A DNA stretch of 64,000 nt, from positions 1 through 64,000 of the forward strand of contig JBBFKW010000001.1 of assembly GCA_037481835.1 (NCBI GenBank). Direction: 5' to 3'. Within the stretch, counting starts at the first letter, position 1. Each line of letters begins with the position of its first letter. This document shows, piece after piece, positions 36,964 to 47,303 of the stretch. Origin of the DNA: Desulfosoma sp. Its GTDB lineage: Bacteria > Desulfobacterota > Syntrophobacteria > Syntrophobacterales > DSM-9756. Under the pieces are notes generated by a model, which saw only the letters and a program-made list of their open reading frames with translations, made no database searches and was not told the origin of the DNA. Both the position numbers and the translations under genes were made by a program.

Positions 36964-37638
36964 TTACTCCTTGTGCGGCAGCAGGCGGACCCCTCGGCCC
37001 CGTTTCAGGCAGCGGGCCAGCAGGCGCCCGAGGGCGGCGCTGGACCGGGGCGGGCGGCCGCCGGTGCGCCGCAGTTCGTCTTTAAGTTCGTTCTTCACCG
37101 TGCGGCATTCGTCTTCTTCGAAGATGCGGCACGGGTTGGGCCGATACGCATGGATGGCGCAGAAGCTTCGGCGCGATCGGCGATCGTGCATGAGAAACGG
37201 GCAAAACCGGTGGCCGTCGCCCAGGCCCTGCCCGAAGACGAACCGCCACGCATCGGGCGGGTTGTGCGGGTCCGGGAAATCGGGAAAGCCGCTGCAGATT
37301 TCGCAGCACAGCCCGCAGTGGTCGCAATAGGATTCGATGCGGGATCGGTCGGGACCGTCGTCCAGGCCGCGCAGGGCGGGCGCACAGCCCGGGTCCCGGC
37401 CGGGCGCGCCGCGGCCTTCTTGGAGGAGTTCTTGGAACCACCGAAGCCGTTGGAAAATCACCGCCAGGACTCGGGCCGTCCGGCCCCGCTGGGGTTCGCG
37501 CCGGAAGCCGTTTTCCGTGCCGAGGACATTCAGGTTCCGTTCCAGAAAGTAGAGGGGGAACAAGGGATCCCGGAGCACGCGAAGGGATCGACGCAGCATG
37601 CGAAATGGAACACGGCTGTCGGATTTTGAATTTTTCAT
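36964..37638 (-). CDS. YkgJ-family (CxxCxxCC) cysteine-cluster protein
   Basis: CDHCGLCC...CPFL...CAIHAYRPNPCRIF; ATGA overlap with the tsaB stop. Confidence 0.75.
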   Translation of the reverse strand: MKNSKSDSRVPFRMLRRSLRVLRDPLFPLYFLERNLNVLGTENGFRREPQRGRTARVLAVIFQRLRWFQELLQEGRGAPGRDPGCAPALRGLDDGPDRSRIESYCDHCGLCCEICSGFPDFPDPHNPPDAWRFVFGQGLGDGHRFCPFLMHDRRSRRSFCAIHAYRPNPCRIFEEDECRTVKNELKDELRRTGGRPPRSSAALGRLLARCLKRGRGVRLLPHKE

Positions 37639-38345
37639 GAAGATGCCGCCGCCGGGTTGGGGGTCGCCGCGTGCAATTCGGCTTCCGAAGGCCGCACGTA
37701 CAGGGGCATGAGCCGCATGGGGTCCGTATCTGCCCCGGCGCGCAATCTTTCCATGGCGCACCGGCCCACGAAACCCGCGCGAACCCCGTGGAAGGCCGCT
37801 CCGGGGTCCACGGCCCAATCCCCCAGAGCGCGCCGGAATCTTTCGCGGTAAGCCAGCCAGCCGTCCCCGCACAGAAAGGTTTTTTCCGCAATCCACAGGG
37901 CGATTTTTTCCGGGGCGAGAACGGCCGGGGCCTGTTCTTCGATGAGGCCGCCCTTGCCGTCGGGGCGGTAGAGGGCTGCGTAGACTTCGTTTTTCCGGGC
38001 GTCAATCACCGGGCACACGGCCCGGCACGCCACGGAAAACGGTGCCGCCAGGGCGGGCAACGTCCCGACGCCCACAAGGGGTTTTCCCAAAGCCCACGCC
38101 ATGGCTTTCATGGTGCTCAGGCCGATCCGGATGCCGGTAAAACTGCCCGGGCCCGTGGTCACCGCGAAGGCATCTACGTCTTCCAAGAGCCAGCCGGCTT
38201 CGGCCAAAATCCGGTCCACCCCGTCCAGGAGGCGGCGGTTGTGGGTGCGGGCCGAAAGGAGCGTCCATTCGGCAACGACGGCGTCTTCGTCCAGGAGCGC
38301 CACGCTGCCGGACGATGTGGAGGTGTCTACCGCTAGCACTTTCAT
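37635..38345 (-). CDS. tsaB: tRNA threonylcarbamoyladenosine biosynthesis protein TsaB
   Basis: LAVDTST, GPGSFTGIRIG, DARKNEVY and PLYVR. Confidence 0.96.
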   Translation of the reverse strand: MKVLAVDTSTSSGSVALLDEDAVVAEWTLLSARTHNRRLLDGVDRILAEAGWLLEDVDAFAVTTGPGSFTGIRIGLSTMKAMAWALGKPLVGVGTLPALAAPFSVACRAVCPVIDARKNEVYAALYRPDGKGGLIEEQAPAVLAPEKIALWIAEKTFLCGDGWLAYRERFRRALGDWAVDPGAAFHGVRAGFVGRCAMERLRAGADTDPMRLMPLYVRPSEAELHAATPNPAAASS

Positions 38346-38441
38346 GGGTTTCCGTATACCGCAAGCTCAAAAACGGCCCACCGGTCTCGGACCCGGGGCT
38401 AGGCCCCGGGCTACCATCCCGCGCCCTTTCGGGCGTCTCCT

Positions 38442-38472
38442 GTAGGTTGGGGTGAGCGAAGCGAACCCCAAC
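38442..38472 (+). repeat. GTAG REP-like palindrome, copy 3
   Basis: Identical to 34530-34560. Confidence 0.85.
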
Positions 38473-38578
38473 ACCCTCAAGGCCTCTTTGCCCTAGCCCG
38501 TCACCCGCCCCTCGGGAAGGCGTCGGCCGAACTCCCATTCACGCCTATCCCCTCTTCGTTGGGTTTTCCCGGCCGGGG

Positions 38579-39691
38579 CTAGGGGGTCGGCACGCCCTGG
38601 CCGGAGGGCACGAGCCGCATAATATCGTTGTAAAAAACGAAGATCATGAGGGCGATGAGCACGGCCATGCCCACCTTCTGGGCGATTTCCAGTTGCCGGA
38701 TGCTCAAAGGCTTGCGCCTCACCGCTTCGATCAAGAAGAAAAACACGTGCCCGCCGTCCAAGACGGGGATCGGCAGCAGGTTCAGCACCGCCAGGTTGAC
38801 ACTGATCAGGCCCATGAAGTGCAGGAAGTTCATCAAGCCTTCCTGGGCTTGCTGGCCCGCCATCTGGGCGATGAGCAAGGGGCCTCCCAGGGTTTCCATG
38901 GGCAGCACCCGCTGGATGAGCTTGACAACCGTCATGAAGAACAATTTGGTCAAGGTCCAGGTCTGCTGCAGGCTGTAAAAGACGGCCATCAGCGGATTGA
39001 CCTTTTCCACTTCGAACGAGCCGGACGCCGTAATGCCGATGACCGGCCTTTGAATGGTTTCCCCGAAGATGTTTTTCACTTCCCGAACTTCCGGCGTGAC
39101 CTGGAAGGTGAGGCGCCGGCCGTCCCGTTCCACGACGATTTCAAGGGGCTTGAGACCTTCCCGCTGAATGGTCTGGGACAGGTCGTCCCAAGCTTTGAGC
39201 GGCCGACCGTTGATTTCCAGGACTTTGTCCTTGGGCTGAAGGCCTGCGCGCGCCGCCGGGGAATCGGCCGTGACGGCCCCGATTTCCGTGTTGAGCCGCG
39301 GAAAGCCGTAGAAAGCAAACACCACGGTAAACAAAACGATCCCCAGGACCACGTTGGACAAGGGCCCAGCCAGGACGATGGCCAGCCGTTTTTTGACCCC
39401 TTGGTGCGAGAAGCTCCGTTCCCGATCCCGTGCATCCACGGGCTCTTCAGGGTCTTCCCCGAGCATCTTCACGTAGCCTCCCAAGGGGATGAGCGAGAGG
39501 CAATAGTCGGTTTCCCCGCGCTGGACGCCCACCACTCGAGGGCCGAACCCGAGGGAAAAGCGCAGGACGGTCACCCCCAGTTTTCTCGCGGCCAAGAAAT
39601 GGCCCAGTTCGTGGATGAAGATCAGGACTCCCAGCACGATGACCGTGGAGATGATGGTCGTGACCACAACAGTGTCCTCCTGTGATGCCAT
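38579..39691 (-). CDS. rseP: RIP metalloprotease RseP
   Basis: HELGH, PDZ domain and NLLPIPVLDGG. Confidence 0.96.
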   Translation of the reverse strand: MASQEDTVVVTTIISTVIVLGVLIFIHELGHFLAARKLGVTVLRFSLGFGPRVVGVQRGETDYCLSLIPLGGYVKMLGEDPEEPVDARDRERSFSHQGVKKRLAIVLAGPLSNVVLGIVLFTVVFAFYGFPRLNTEIGAVTADSPAARAGLQPKDKVLEINGRPLKAWDDLSQTIQREGLKPLEIVVERDGRRLTFQVTPEVREVKNIFGETIQRPVIGITASGSFEVEKVNPLMAVFYSLQQTWTLTKLFFMTVVKLIQRVLPMETLGGPLLIAQMAGQQAQEGLMNFLHFMGLISVNLAVLNLLPIPVLDGGHVFFFLIEAVRRKPLSIRQLEIAQKVGMAVLIALMIFVFYNDIMRLVPSGQGVPTP

Positions 39692-39828
39692 GATCGCCCC
39701 CGGTGCGAGGGGCGTGGGTCGGCGTGGCGGTTTGGGGTCGTTATTGGGGCTTGGGTGTGTTCATTGCCGGTTGTTGGGATGTCGTCGTGTTGATGTCGTG
39801 TTGTCTCGCCGTGTTGTTGTGTTGTTGT

Positions 39829-39859
39829 GTTGGGGTTCGCTGCGCTCACCCCAACCTAC
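39829..39859 (-). repeat. GTAG REP-like palindrome, copy 4, next to degenerate 8-mer GTTGTTGT repeats (about 39780-39828)
   Basis: Identical to 34469-34499. Confidence 0.85.
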
Positions 39860-39880
39860 GGTCTGGCGGTTTGGTGCGAC

Positions 39881-41107
39881 CTATGGTTCGCGGCTGATGA
39901 GCTCCGGTTGGCGTTCCGCGGTGTTCAAAGGGACGGCGGCGCCGTTGAGCAGGGCCTGGGCGGTGCCGCGGGCCCATCGGTCGGCCTTCTGGACGCGCTC
40001 CACCGTGTCCGCCGCCGTGGCCTCATGGGCGTCCATGACCCGGGCGATGAGCCCGGGGATGTCCGTAAAGCCCAGTCGTCCCGCGAGAAAGGCCTGGACA
40101 GCCGTTTCGTTGGCGGCGTTGAGCACCGCGGGCATGGTCCCGCCGACGCGGGCGGCCCGGTAGGCCAGGCCCAGGCACGGGAAGGCGTCCAGATCCGGCG
40201 GGTAGAACGTAAGCGCCCTCATGGCGAACAGGTCCAGCTTGGGCGCTTCCACCGGAAGCCTTTCCGGGTAGGACAAGGCGTAGGCGATGGGAATCTTCAT
40301 GTCCGGCACTCCCAGCTGGGCGATCACGGACCCGTCCACGTATTCCACCATGGAATGGACGATGCTTTCCGGATGGATATGGACGACCACGGCATCCACG
40401 GGGACGTCGAAGAGCCAATGGGCTTCGATGACTTCCAGGCCCTTGTTCATGAGGGTCGCCGAATCGATGGTGATCTTGGGGCCCATGGACCAGTTGGGAT
40501 GCCGCAAGGCCGCCTCCGGGGTCACGGAGGCCAATTCCCGGCGGTTTTTCCCGAAGAAGGGGCCTCCCGAGGCCGTCAGGAGCAGCCGTTTCACCGCCTT
40601 TGGGGAATTGCCTTGGAGCGCCTGGAAGATGGCGCTGTGTTCGCTGTCCACGGGAAGGAGCCGCCCGCCGGCGGCCTTGAGTCGCCGGGTCACCAGTTCG
40701 CCGGCGATGACCAGCGTTTCCTTGTTGGCCAGGGCGATGTCCTTTCCCGCCTCAACGGCCGCCAGGGTGGGAAGGAGGCCCGCGGCGCCCACGATGGCCG
40801 AAACCACCATATCCACATCATTTAAGGACGCCACCCGGCATAGACCCTCTTCCCCCCAAAGGATTTCCACGGTTCGGTTTTCCTCGGGAAGGATTTTTTC
40901 GAGAGCCCGGGCGGTTTCCTGATCGCAGACGGCCACGCAGCGGGGTCGCACTCGGCGGATTTGTTCCGCGAGCCGTTCGACGTTTCGACCCGCCGCCAGG
41001 CCCACGATTTCGAAGCGATCCGGAAAGGCGCAAGCCACCTCCATCGTGTTGACCCCGATGGATCCCGTGCTTCCGAGGATGCTCAGCCGCTTGCGTCGTT
41101 TCTTCAT
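39881..41107 (-). CDS. dxr: 1-deoxy-D-xylulose-5-phosphate reductoisomerase
   Basis: LGSTGSIG, LANKE, PVDSEH and HPNWSMGPKITIDSA. Confidence 0.97.
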   Translation of the reverse strand: MKKRRKRLSILGSTGSIGVNTMEVACAFPDRFEIVGLAAGRNVERLAEQIRRVRPRCVAVCDQETARALEKILPEENRTVEILWGEEGLCRVASLNDVDMVVSAIVGAAGLLPTLAAVEAGKDIALANKETLVIAGELVTRRLKAAGGRLLPVDSEHSAIFQALQGNSPKAVKRLLLTASGGPFFGKNRRELASVTPEAALRHPNWSMGPKITIDSATLMNKGLEVIEAHWLFDVPVDAVVVHIHPESIVHSMVEYVDGSVIAQLGVPDMKIPIAYALSYPERLPVEAPKLDLFAMRALTFYPPDLDAFPCLGLAYRAARVGGTMPAVLNAANETAVQAFLAGRLGFTDIPGLIARVMDAHEATAADTVERVQKADRWARGTAQALLNGAAVPLNTAERQPELISREP

Positions 41108-41129
41108 ATCCCTCAAGGCAAGGCGGTCG

Positions 41130-41954
41130 TCAGACAGCCTGCGCATAGACCCACACGGTGGGAAAGGCGAAAAGGAGGCTGTCCAACCGGTCCAGGAGGC
41201 CTCCGTGGCCCGGAAGGAGCGCGCTGGAATCCTTGCATCCCGCCATGCGCTTGAGGAGCGATTCCATGAGGTCTCCTGCCTGCCCCACCAATTCCGTGAG
41301 AATGGAAACGGCCCCGAGCGCCGCCACGGACGCTCCGGTGTCCCGAAGAAAAAGCACGCCGAAGATCGTCCCCACGACGGCCGAAGCCGCCAAGCCCCCC
41401 AGGGCGCCTTCCACGGTTTTCTTGGGGCTCACGGCTTCGTAGAGCTTTCGCCGCCCAAGGGTCTTTCCCGTATAATAAGCGCCCACATCCCCGGAGACGA
41501 TCACCACGAGAACGAAAAACACCCACGCCCGACCGCTTTCCAGCGCCCCGAGAAGCATGACGAAGGCCAAGGGCAGGGCCACGTAAAACCAGCCGCCCAG
41601 GGTGACCAGGCCGCGGTGGAAAGCGTCCCGCGTGAGGGGCGGCCGCGCGAGCTGTTTCGCCCAAAGGGCGAAGACGGCGCCGACCGCCGAAGCCAGGATG
41701 CCGGCCGGCCCGAAAAGCCAGGCCGCCGGAGGAAACACCGCCCCCACGACCAGGGAAAACACGAGATCCCGGCGCGTCACGGGCGGGCATTGGGCCATCA
41801 TTTCGTATTCCCAAAGCCCTACGGCGGCCGCAAGGGTCACCGCGAGGACCCACAGCCACAGCGGGCCGTAGAGCAGCATGGCCACCAGGGGAAGGGCGAG
41901 CCCGAGACCCGTGACCCAGCGTTTGGCGTGGGAACTCCATGGGGTATTGACCAT
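41130..41954 (-). CDS. cdsA: Phosphatidate cytidylyltransferase
   Basis: SPKKTVEG, GDLMESLLKR and PGHGGLLDRLDS. Confidence 0.95.
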   Translation of the reverse strand: MVNTPWSSHAKRWVTGLGLALPLVAMLLYGPLWLWVLAVTLAAAVGLWEYEMMAQCPPVTRRDLVFSLVVGAVFPPAAWLFGPAGILASAVGAVFALWAKQLARPPLTRDAFHRGLVTLGGWFYVALPLAFVMLLGALESGRAWVFFVLVVIVSGDVGAYYTGKTLGRRKLYEAVSPKKTVEGALGGLAASAVVGTIFGVLFLRDTGASVAALGAVSILTELVGQAGDLMESLLKRMAGCKDSSALLPGHGGLLDRLDSLLFAFPTVWVYAQAV

Positions 41955-41983
41955 GAGCACCGCTTTCCGGAGAAGGCTTCGGC

Positions 41984-42022
41984 CCCCTCACCCTGCCCCT
42001 CTCCCCCCAAAGGGGGAGAGGG
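41984..42022. repeat. REP-like palindrome CCCTCACCC..CCTCTCCC..GGGAGAGGG
   Basis: Single intergenic hairpin between uppS and cdsA resembling a widespread REP-type motif. Confidence 0.45.
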
Positions 42023-42266
42023 AAAGAGAACTGGGAACGTCTCCCGGAAATGGCTATCCGCCGTTTCCGACACGGTTCTCCCAAACCATGAGGGTGCCGA
42101 AAACGGCTGGAAACGGCATTCCCGGGCAGCCCCCTGCAAGGCTGTCATCCCGTGGCGTTTCCCTGGAAGCGCGGGCGTTTCTCCCTCCCAGGATGCGCCC
42201 GGGAAGCCCGCGATCCCCGGGCGGCCGTGGGGCACGCACTCCCGGGAGAAATCTTTCTTCGCCGCG

Positions 42267-43031
42267 TCAGCGGGCCGCGGCGGAATCGGCGGAATCTTCT
42301 TCCGCGAGCTGTTCGCTGGTCTTGCCGAAACGGCGTTCCCGCCGTTGGTATTCCCTCAAGGCCTCCAGGAATTCCGGTTCCCGAAAATCCGGCCACAGTG
42401 TCTCCGTGATGTAGAGTTCGGCGTAGGCGATCTGCCAGAGCAGGAAGTTGCTCACCCGGCATTCGCCGCTCGTGCGGATCACCAGGTCCGGATCGGGCAT
42501 ATACGCCGTAAAAAGATAGGAAGCCAGCACCTCCGGGGTCATCTCGTGGGGCTCCCTTCGGCCCGCGCGCACGTCTTCGGCGAACAGCCGGGCCGCTCGG
42601 GCGATTTCGTGCCGACCGCCGTAGTTCAAGGCCAGGTTGACCGTGAGCTTGTCGAAATGGGCCGTGTCATGGATGAGCGCGGCGAATTCGGCGTAGACGT
42701 CTTCGGGGATGCCGTCGGGATCGCCCACATGGCGGACTCGGATTTCGTTTTCCATCATGCGGGGACGTTCGGACCGGAGAAAACGCCGGAACAGGTGCCA
42801 CAGGGCCTGGATTTCCCGCTGCGGCCGCTGCCAGTTTTCCTTGGAAAAGGCGTACAGGGTCAGGTACGGAATGCCGAGCCGCCGGGCCGTTTCAATGACG
42901 GCCCGCACCGATTCCGCACCCGCTTCGTGGCCCGCCACGCGGTTGAGCAGTCTTTTCTTGGCCCACCGGCCGTTGCCGTCCATGATGACGGCCACGTGGC
43001 GCGGCAGCCGATGGGGGTCGAGTCCATCCAT
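42267..43031 (-). CDS. uppS: Undecaprenyl diphosphate synthase
   Basis: HVAVIMDGNGRWA, FSKENWQRP and RTSGECRVSNFLLWQ. Confidence 0.97.
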   Translation of the reverse strand: MDGLDPHRLPRHVAVIMDGNGRWAKKRLLNRVAGHEAGAESVRAVIETARRLGIPYLTLYAFSKENWQRPQREIQALWHLFRRFLRSERPRMMENEIRVRHVGDPDGIPEDVYAEFAALIHDTAHFDKLTVNLALNYGGRHEIARAARLFAEDVRAGRREPHEMTPEVLASYLFTAYMPDPDLVIRTSGECRVSNFLLWQIAYAELYITETLWPDFREPEFLEALREYQRRERRFGKTSEQLAEEDSADSAAAR

Positions 43032-43040
43032 GACATTTTT

Positions 43041-43598
43041 CTAGATCTCGAGGATTTCCTTTTCCTTGGCCGCGGCCAGTTCATCGATCTTCTTGATGAA
43101 GTCGTCCGTGATCTTCTGGACTTCTTCCTGGCCCTTGAACTGTTCGTCCTCGGAGATCTCTTTTTCCTTCTTCAGGTCCTTGATCATTTCGTTGGCGTCG
43201 CGGCGGATGTTGCGCACCGCGACCTTGGCTTCTTCGGCCATTTTCTTTACGAGCTTGACCAGCTCCCGACGGCGCTCTTCGGTCAGGGGCGGCACGTGGA
43301 TGCGGATGACCTTGCCGTCGTTCATGGGGGTCAGGCCCAATTCGGATTTCATGATGGCCTTTTCCACGTCCCCGATGCAGCTTTGATCCCACGGCTGGAT
43401 CATGATGGTTCGCGGCTCGGGCACGGTCAGTGTGGCCAGCTGGTTGAGGGGCGTGGGGGTGCCGTAGTATTCCACGCGAATGCCGTCCACCAACGACACG
43501 GACGCCCGGCCTGTGCGCAGCCGTTTGAAGTCCTTTTCCAGAGTCCCCACGGCTTTCTGCATGCGGTCTTTGGCGTCTTCAAACACTTCGTTGAGCAT
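43041..43598 (-). CDS. frr: Ribosome recycling factor
   Basis: [20 protein letters not shown] and RNIRRDA. Confidence 0.98.
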   Translation of the reverse strand: MLNEVFEDAKDRMQKAVGTLEKDFKRLRTGRASVSLVDGIRVEYYGTPTPLNQLATLTVPEPRTIMIQPWDQSCIGDVEKAIMKSELGLTPMNDGKVIRIHVPPLTEERRRELVKLVKKMAEEAKVAVRNIRRDANEMIKDLKKEKEISEDEQFKGQEEVQKITDDFIKKIDELAAAKEKEILEI

Positions 43599-44328
43599 CC
43601 GAGCCTCCCTCCACCAGGGTTCCCACGGGTTCCCCCGTGACGACCTTCGTGATGTTGCCGCTCTTTCTCAAGTTGAACACGATCACGGGCAGGTTGTGGT
43701 CCCGAGCCATGGAAATGGCCGTGGCGTCCATGACCTTGAGGTCCTTCTGGAGGACTTCGTCGAAGGTCACGCGCTCGTACTTGCGGGCTCCGGGCACCTT
43801 GACGGGGTCCGCATCGTAGACCCCGTCCACCTTGGTGGCTTTGAGGAGCACGGCGGCGCCGATTTCCACCGCGCGCAGGGCCGCCGCCGTATCCGTGGTG
43901 AAAAACGGCAGGCCCGTTCCCGCCGCAAAGATGACGATCCGCCCCTTTTCCAGGTGGCGGATGGCGCGGCGGCGGATGAAGGGTTCGGCCACTTCCTTCA
44001 TGTCGATGGCCGACTGAACCCGGGTGGCCACCCCGCGCTTTTCCAGGGCCTGTTGCAGGGCGAGGGCGTTCATGACCGTGGCGAGCATCCCCACGTAGTC
44101 GGCCGTGGCCCGGTCCATGCCCTGGGATGCGGCGGACACGCCGCGGAAGATGTTCCCGCCGCCGATCACCAGGGCCATCTGCACGCCCATCCGATGCACC
44201 TGGGCGATTTCTTCGGCGATCTCTTCCATCACCCGAGGCTCGATGCCGTAAGTGCCGTCTCCCATGAGGGCTTCGCCGCTGAGCTTGAGGAGCACGCGGC
44301 GGTAGATGGGCTGCGCTGTCCCGGCCAT
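43579..44328 (-). CDS. pyrH: UMP kinase
   Basis: [17 protein letters not shown] and [13 protein letters not shown]. Confidence 0.97.
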   Translation of the reverse strand: MAGTAQPIYRRVLLKLSGEALMGDGTYGIEPRVMEEIAEEIAQVHRMGVQMALVIGGGNIFRGVSAASQGMDRATADYVGMLATVMNALALQQALEKRGVATRVQSAIDMKEVAEPFIRRRAIRHLEKGRIVIFAAGTGLPFFTTDTAAALRAVEIGAAVLLKATKVDGVYDADPVKVPGARKYERVTFDEVLQKDLKVMDATAISMARDHNLPVIVFNLRKSGNITKVVTGEPVGTLVEGGSDAQRSV

Positions 44329-44329
44329 T

Positions 44330-44923
44330 TTAAGCCCCGAGCTGGTAGCGCACAAAACGGCGGATGATGATCCGTTCGCCCGTTTTGGCGATGAGTTCGT
44401 TCAGGTAGTCGGCGATGGTCTTGTCCGGATCCTTCACGAAGGCCTGCTCCATGAGGACGTTTTCTTCGTAGAACTTGCGCATCTTGCCGTCCACCATCTT
44501 TTCCACGATGTTGGCGGGCTTTCCCGATTCCTTGGCCTGTTCCACGAAGATGGCCCGTTCCCGTTCCACCACGTCCGCCGGCACATCTTCGCGCTGAATG
44601 CCTAAGGGATTGGTGGCCGCGATGTGCATGGCCAAGTCCTTGATGAATGTTTGAAAATCTTCGCTTCGGGCTGCAAAGTCCGTTTCGCAGTTCACTTCCA
44701 CGAGAACGCCGATTTTGCCGCCGGCGTGGATGTAGGCATGGACCGCCCCTTCCGTGGCTTCCCGGCCGGCTCGTTTCATGGCCACCGCAAGGCCTTTCTT
44801 GCGCAAAAGGTCGATGGCTTTTTCCATATCGCCGCCGGTTTCCTGGAGCGCCTTCTTGCAGTCCATCATGCCCGCGTTGGTTTTTTCTCTGAGTTCCCGT
44901 ACCATGCTCGATGTGATTTTCAC
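44330..44923 (-). CDS. tsf: Elongation factor Ts (short form, GTG start)
   Basis: [16 protein letters not shown] and [10 protein letters not shown]. Confidence 0.97.
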   Translation of the reverse strand: MKITSSMVRELREKTNAGMMDCKKALQETGGDMEKAIDLLRKKGLAVAMKRAGREATEGAVHAYIHAGGKIGVLVEVNCETDFAARSEDFQTFIKDLAMHIAATNPLGIQREDVPADVVERERAIFVEQAKESGKPANIVEKMVDGKMRKFYEENVLMEQAFVKDPDKTIADYLNELIAKTGERIIIRRFVRYQLGA

Positions 44924-45011
44924 CGGAAGTTCCTCCTCATCGCGTGTCGAACCCGCGGCGGACGGCTCATCCGCCGCCCGGATTCCCATCATTGGACGGC
45001 CGCGTCTTGTC

Positions 45012-45839
45012 CTACTCCTCCGCCGTGTCGGTCTCCGTCACGGGGTTGATGATTTCCACCTCGGGGCCGCCTTCTTCTTCCTGCAAAAGCATCCCTGCGG
45101 GCACTTCTTCCAGTTCCGGAGCTTCCTTGTCGCCCACGGCCTGGCGGGATTCTTCCCAGCGAGCCCGGCCTTCGATGCAGGCATCGGCGATCCGTCCCGT
45201 GATGAGCTTGATGGATCGGATGGCGTCGTCGTTTCCCGGAATGGGGTAGTCAATGACGTCCGGATCACAGTTGGTGTCGATGATGGCCACCACGGGGATG
45301 CCCAACCGGTTGGCTTCCTGGACGGCGATGCGTTCCTTCTGGGGATCGACGACATAGACGGCGCCCGGCAGGCGCGTCATGGTCTTGATGCCCCCGAGGT
45401 TTCGTTCCAGCTTTTCCCGTTCCCGAGCGAGCTTCAAAACTTCCTTTTTCGGGAAGCGGTTCACGCTGCCGTCTTCGAACATGGCGTCCAGTTCTTTCAG
45501 CCGGTCGATGCGCAGCTTGATCGTTTTGAAGTTGGTGAGCATGCCGCCGAGCCACCGATGGTTGACGAAGTACATGCCGCACCGTTCCGCCTGTTCGCGG
45601 ATGGTGTCCTGGGCCTGCCGCTTTGTGCCGACGAACAGGACGTTTTCGCCGGCTGCGGTCACATCGACCACGAACTGGTAGGCCGTGCGGAAAAGCTTGA
45701 CCGTGCGCTGCAGGTCGATAATGTAGATGCCGTTGCGGGCCCCGAAGATGTACGGTTTCATCTTGGGGTTCCAGCGGCGGGTCTGGTGCCCGAAGTGGAC
45801 ACCGGCTTCCAGGAGCTGCTTCATGGAAATGGTGGACAT
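45012..45839 (-). CDS. rpsB: 30S ribosomal protein S2
   Basis: [19 protein letters not shown] and [10 protein letters not shown]. Confidence 0.98.
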   Translation of the reverse strand: MSTISMKQLLEAGVHFGHQTRRWNPKMKPYIFGARNGIYIIDLQRTVKLFRTAYQFVVDVTAAGENVLFVGTKRQAQDTIREQAERCGMYFVNHRWLGGMLTNFKTIKLRIDRLKELDAMFEDGSVNRFPKKEVLKLAREREKLERNLGGIKTMTRLPGAVYVVDPQKERIAVQEANRLGIPVVAIIDTNCDPDVIDYPIPGNDDAIRSIKLITGRIADACIEGRARWEESRQAVGDKEAPELEEVPAGMLLQEEEGGPEVEIINPVTETDTAEE

Positions 45840-45854
45840 AAAATCTCCTCCTTT

Positions 45855-45927
45855 TGGTTTGGCCTCCATCCCGCGCAAAAACCCCGGACCATGGGGTCCG
45901 GGAACCAAAAGGGGCGGGATGTGCGGG
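45855..45927 (-). promoter_or_regulatory. Putative S2 autoregulatory leader RNA
   Basis: GCACATCCCGC...[CCCGGACC/GGTCCGGG hairpin]...GCGGGATGGAGGCCAAACC, resembling the rpsB leader layout. Confidence 0.55.
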
Positions 45928-46004
45928 CTGAGCTGAACCGAGGTTCTTTATCACAGGGGTTTTCCACGAGCAACCAAAATCCTTTCGAAAAAGGGGCAAA
46001 TCCC

Positions 46005-46820
46005 ATGCATCCTTGGGTGACGGAACTGGAAAAGCTGATCCGCTCGGCGGGGGAAGCCGTCTTGGACGTGTACCATTCGGCGTTCTCGGTGACCACGAAG
46101 GAAGACCGAACGCCGCTCACTCTGGCGGACCAGCGCTCCCACGCGGTCTTGACCGAAGGGCTGAGGCGGATCGCGGCGGACATTCCGGTGCTTTCGGAAG
46201 AAGGGGCGGAAATTCCCTACGAAGAGCGGCGCCGATGGCGCCGGTTCTGGCTCGTGGACCCCTTGGACGGCACCAAGGAATTCATCAAGAGAAACGGGGA
46301 ATTCACCATCAACGTGGCCCTGATCGAGGACGGCCGACCGGTCCTGGGATTGGTCCTGGTGCCCGATCAGGATCGGTTGTTTATCGGCGATGTGCAAAAC
46401 GGGTGCGTGGAAAAGAACCGCAACGGGGTGCGAGCGCTGCGGATCCAAGCGCCCGATCCTTCCAAACCCTTCGTGGTCGTGGCCACCCGCTCCCACCCCA
46501 CTCCGGACATGGAAGCCTTTTTTCGGCATCTGCCTCCCCACGAAAGGCTCCCCAGGGGAAGTGCCCTCAAGTTCTGCGCCGTGGCGTGCGGGGAGGCCCA
46601 CTGCTACCCGCGGTTCGGCCCCACGTGGGAATGGGACACGGCAGCGGGCCATGCCGTGGTGGAAGCCGCCGGTGGGGTGGTCGTGGACCCTCAAGGCACC
46701 CCCCTTCTCTACAACAAGCCCCATCTCGTCAACGGCTACTTCCTGGCGGGGCCCAGCCTTTCCTGGATGGAAGCCGCCGGCGTCCTTTCCGCCGCCGCAA
46801 AGGCCCTCGCCCCATCGTGA
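46005..46820 (+). CDS. cysQ: 3'(2'),5'-bisphosphate nucleotidase CysQ
   Basis: PLTLAD, LSEE, FWLVDPLDGTKEFIKRNGEFTINVAL and WDTAAGHAV. Confidence 0.95.
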   Translation: MHPWVTELEKLIRSAGEAVLDVYHSAFSVTTKEDRTPLTLADQRSHAVLTEGLRRIAADIPVLSEEGAEIPYEERRRWRRFWLVDPLDGTKEFIKRNGEFTINVALIEDGRPVLGLVLVPDQDRLFIGDVQNGCVEKNRNGVRALRIQAPDPSKPFVVVATRSHPTPDMEAFFRHLPPHERLPRGSALKFCAVACGEAHCYPRFGPTWEWDTAAGHAVVEAAGGVVVDPQGTPLLYNKPHLVNGYFLAGPSLSWMEAAGVLSAAAKALAPS

Positions 46821-46853
46821 CCGCCCGGCCGCTTCGGCCGAGAGGATGACGGG

Positions 46854-47303
46854 ATGAATCCACAAGAATTGGCAAGGATCGCAAACCTGGCCCAGGAGGC
46901 CGCCGAACGAGAAAGCGTGGTTTCGGAACTGCTGGGCGTGTATGTTTTCGGCTCCACGGCTCGGGGAACGGTGCGACCGGAATCGGATTTGGATATCGGC
47001 TTTTTGTTTCGAGAACCTTCCTACGTGAAGGACCCGGTGCGCTATTTTGGCGCGGCCCAAAGAATCGGGGCCCACATCGGCCGTACCCTGGGAACGGCGA
47101 CGGATGTGCTCATACTTAACGGCACGTCTCTGGAACTTGCCTATGAAGTCATCGCGCACGGCATCTGTTGTTATTCGCCGAACGTGGACGCGCGCCTGGA
47201 AAGGGAAGCCGCCCTTCGGGGGATGTACTTCGACTCCAAACCCTTTTTGACGCAGCTGCGGCGCCGTTACGTGGAACGCGGTAAGACACAGGGCACCCCA
47301 TGA
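46854..47303 (+). CDS. MNT minimal nucleotidyltransferase antitoxin (MntA-like)
   Basis: YVFGSTARG..RPESDLDIG (GSX10DXD). Confidence 0.9.
   Translation: MNPQELARIANLAQEAAERESVVSELLGVYVFGSTARGTVRPESDLDIGFLFREPSYVKDPVRYFGAAQRIGAHIGRTLGTATDVLILNGTSLELAYEVIAHGICCYSPNVDARLEREAALRGMYFDSKPFLTQLRRRYVERGKTQGTP

Noticed and set aside
44754..46004. N-terminal extension of the 688-aa cysQ ORF
   Set aside because: It overlaps rpsB and tsf on the opposite strand; CysQ homology begins at ATG 46005.
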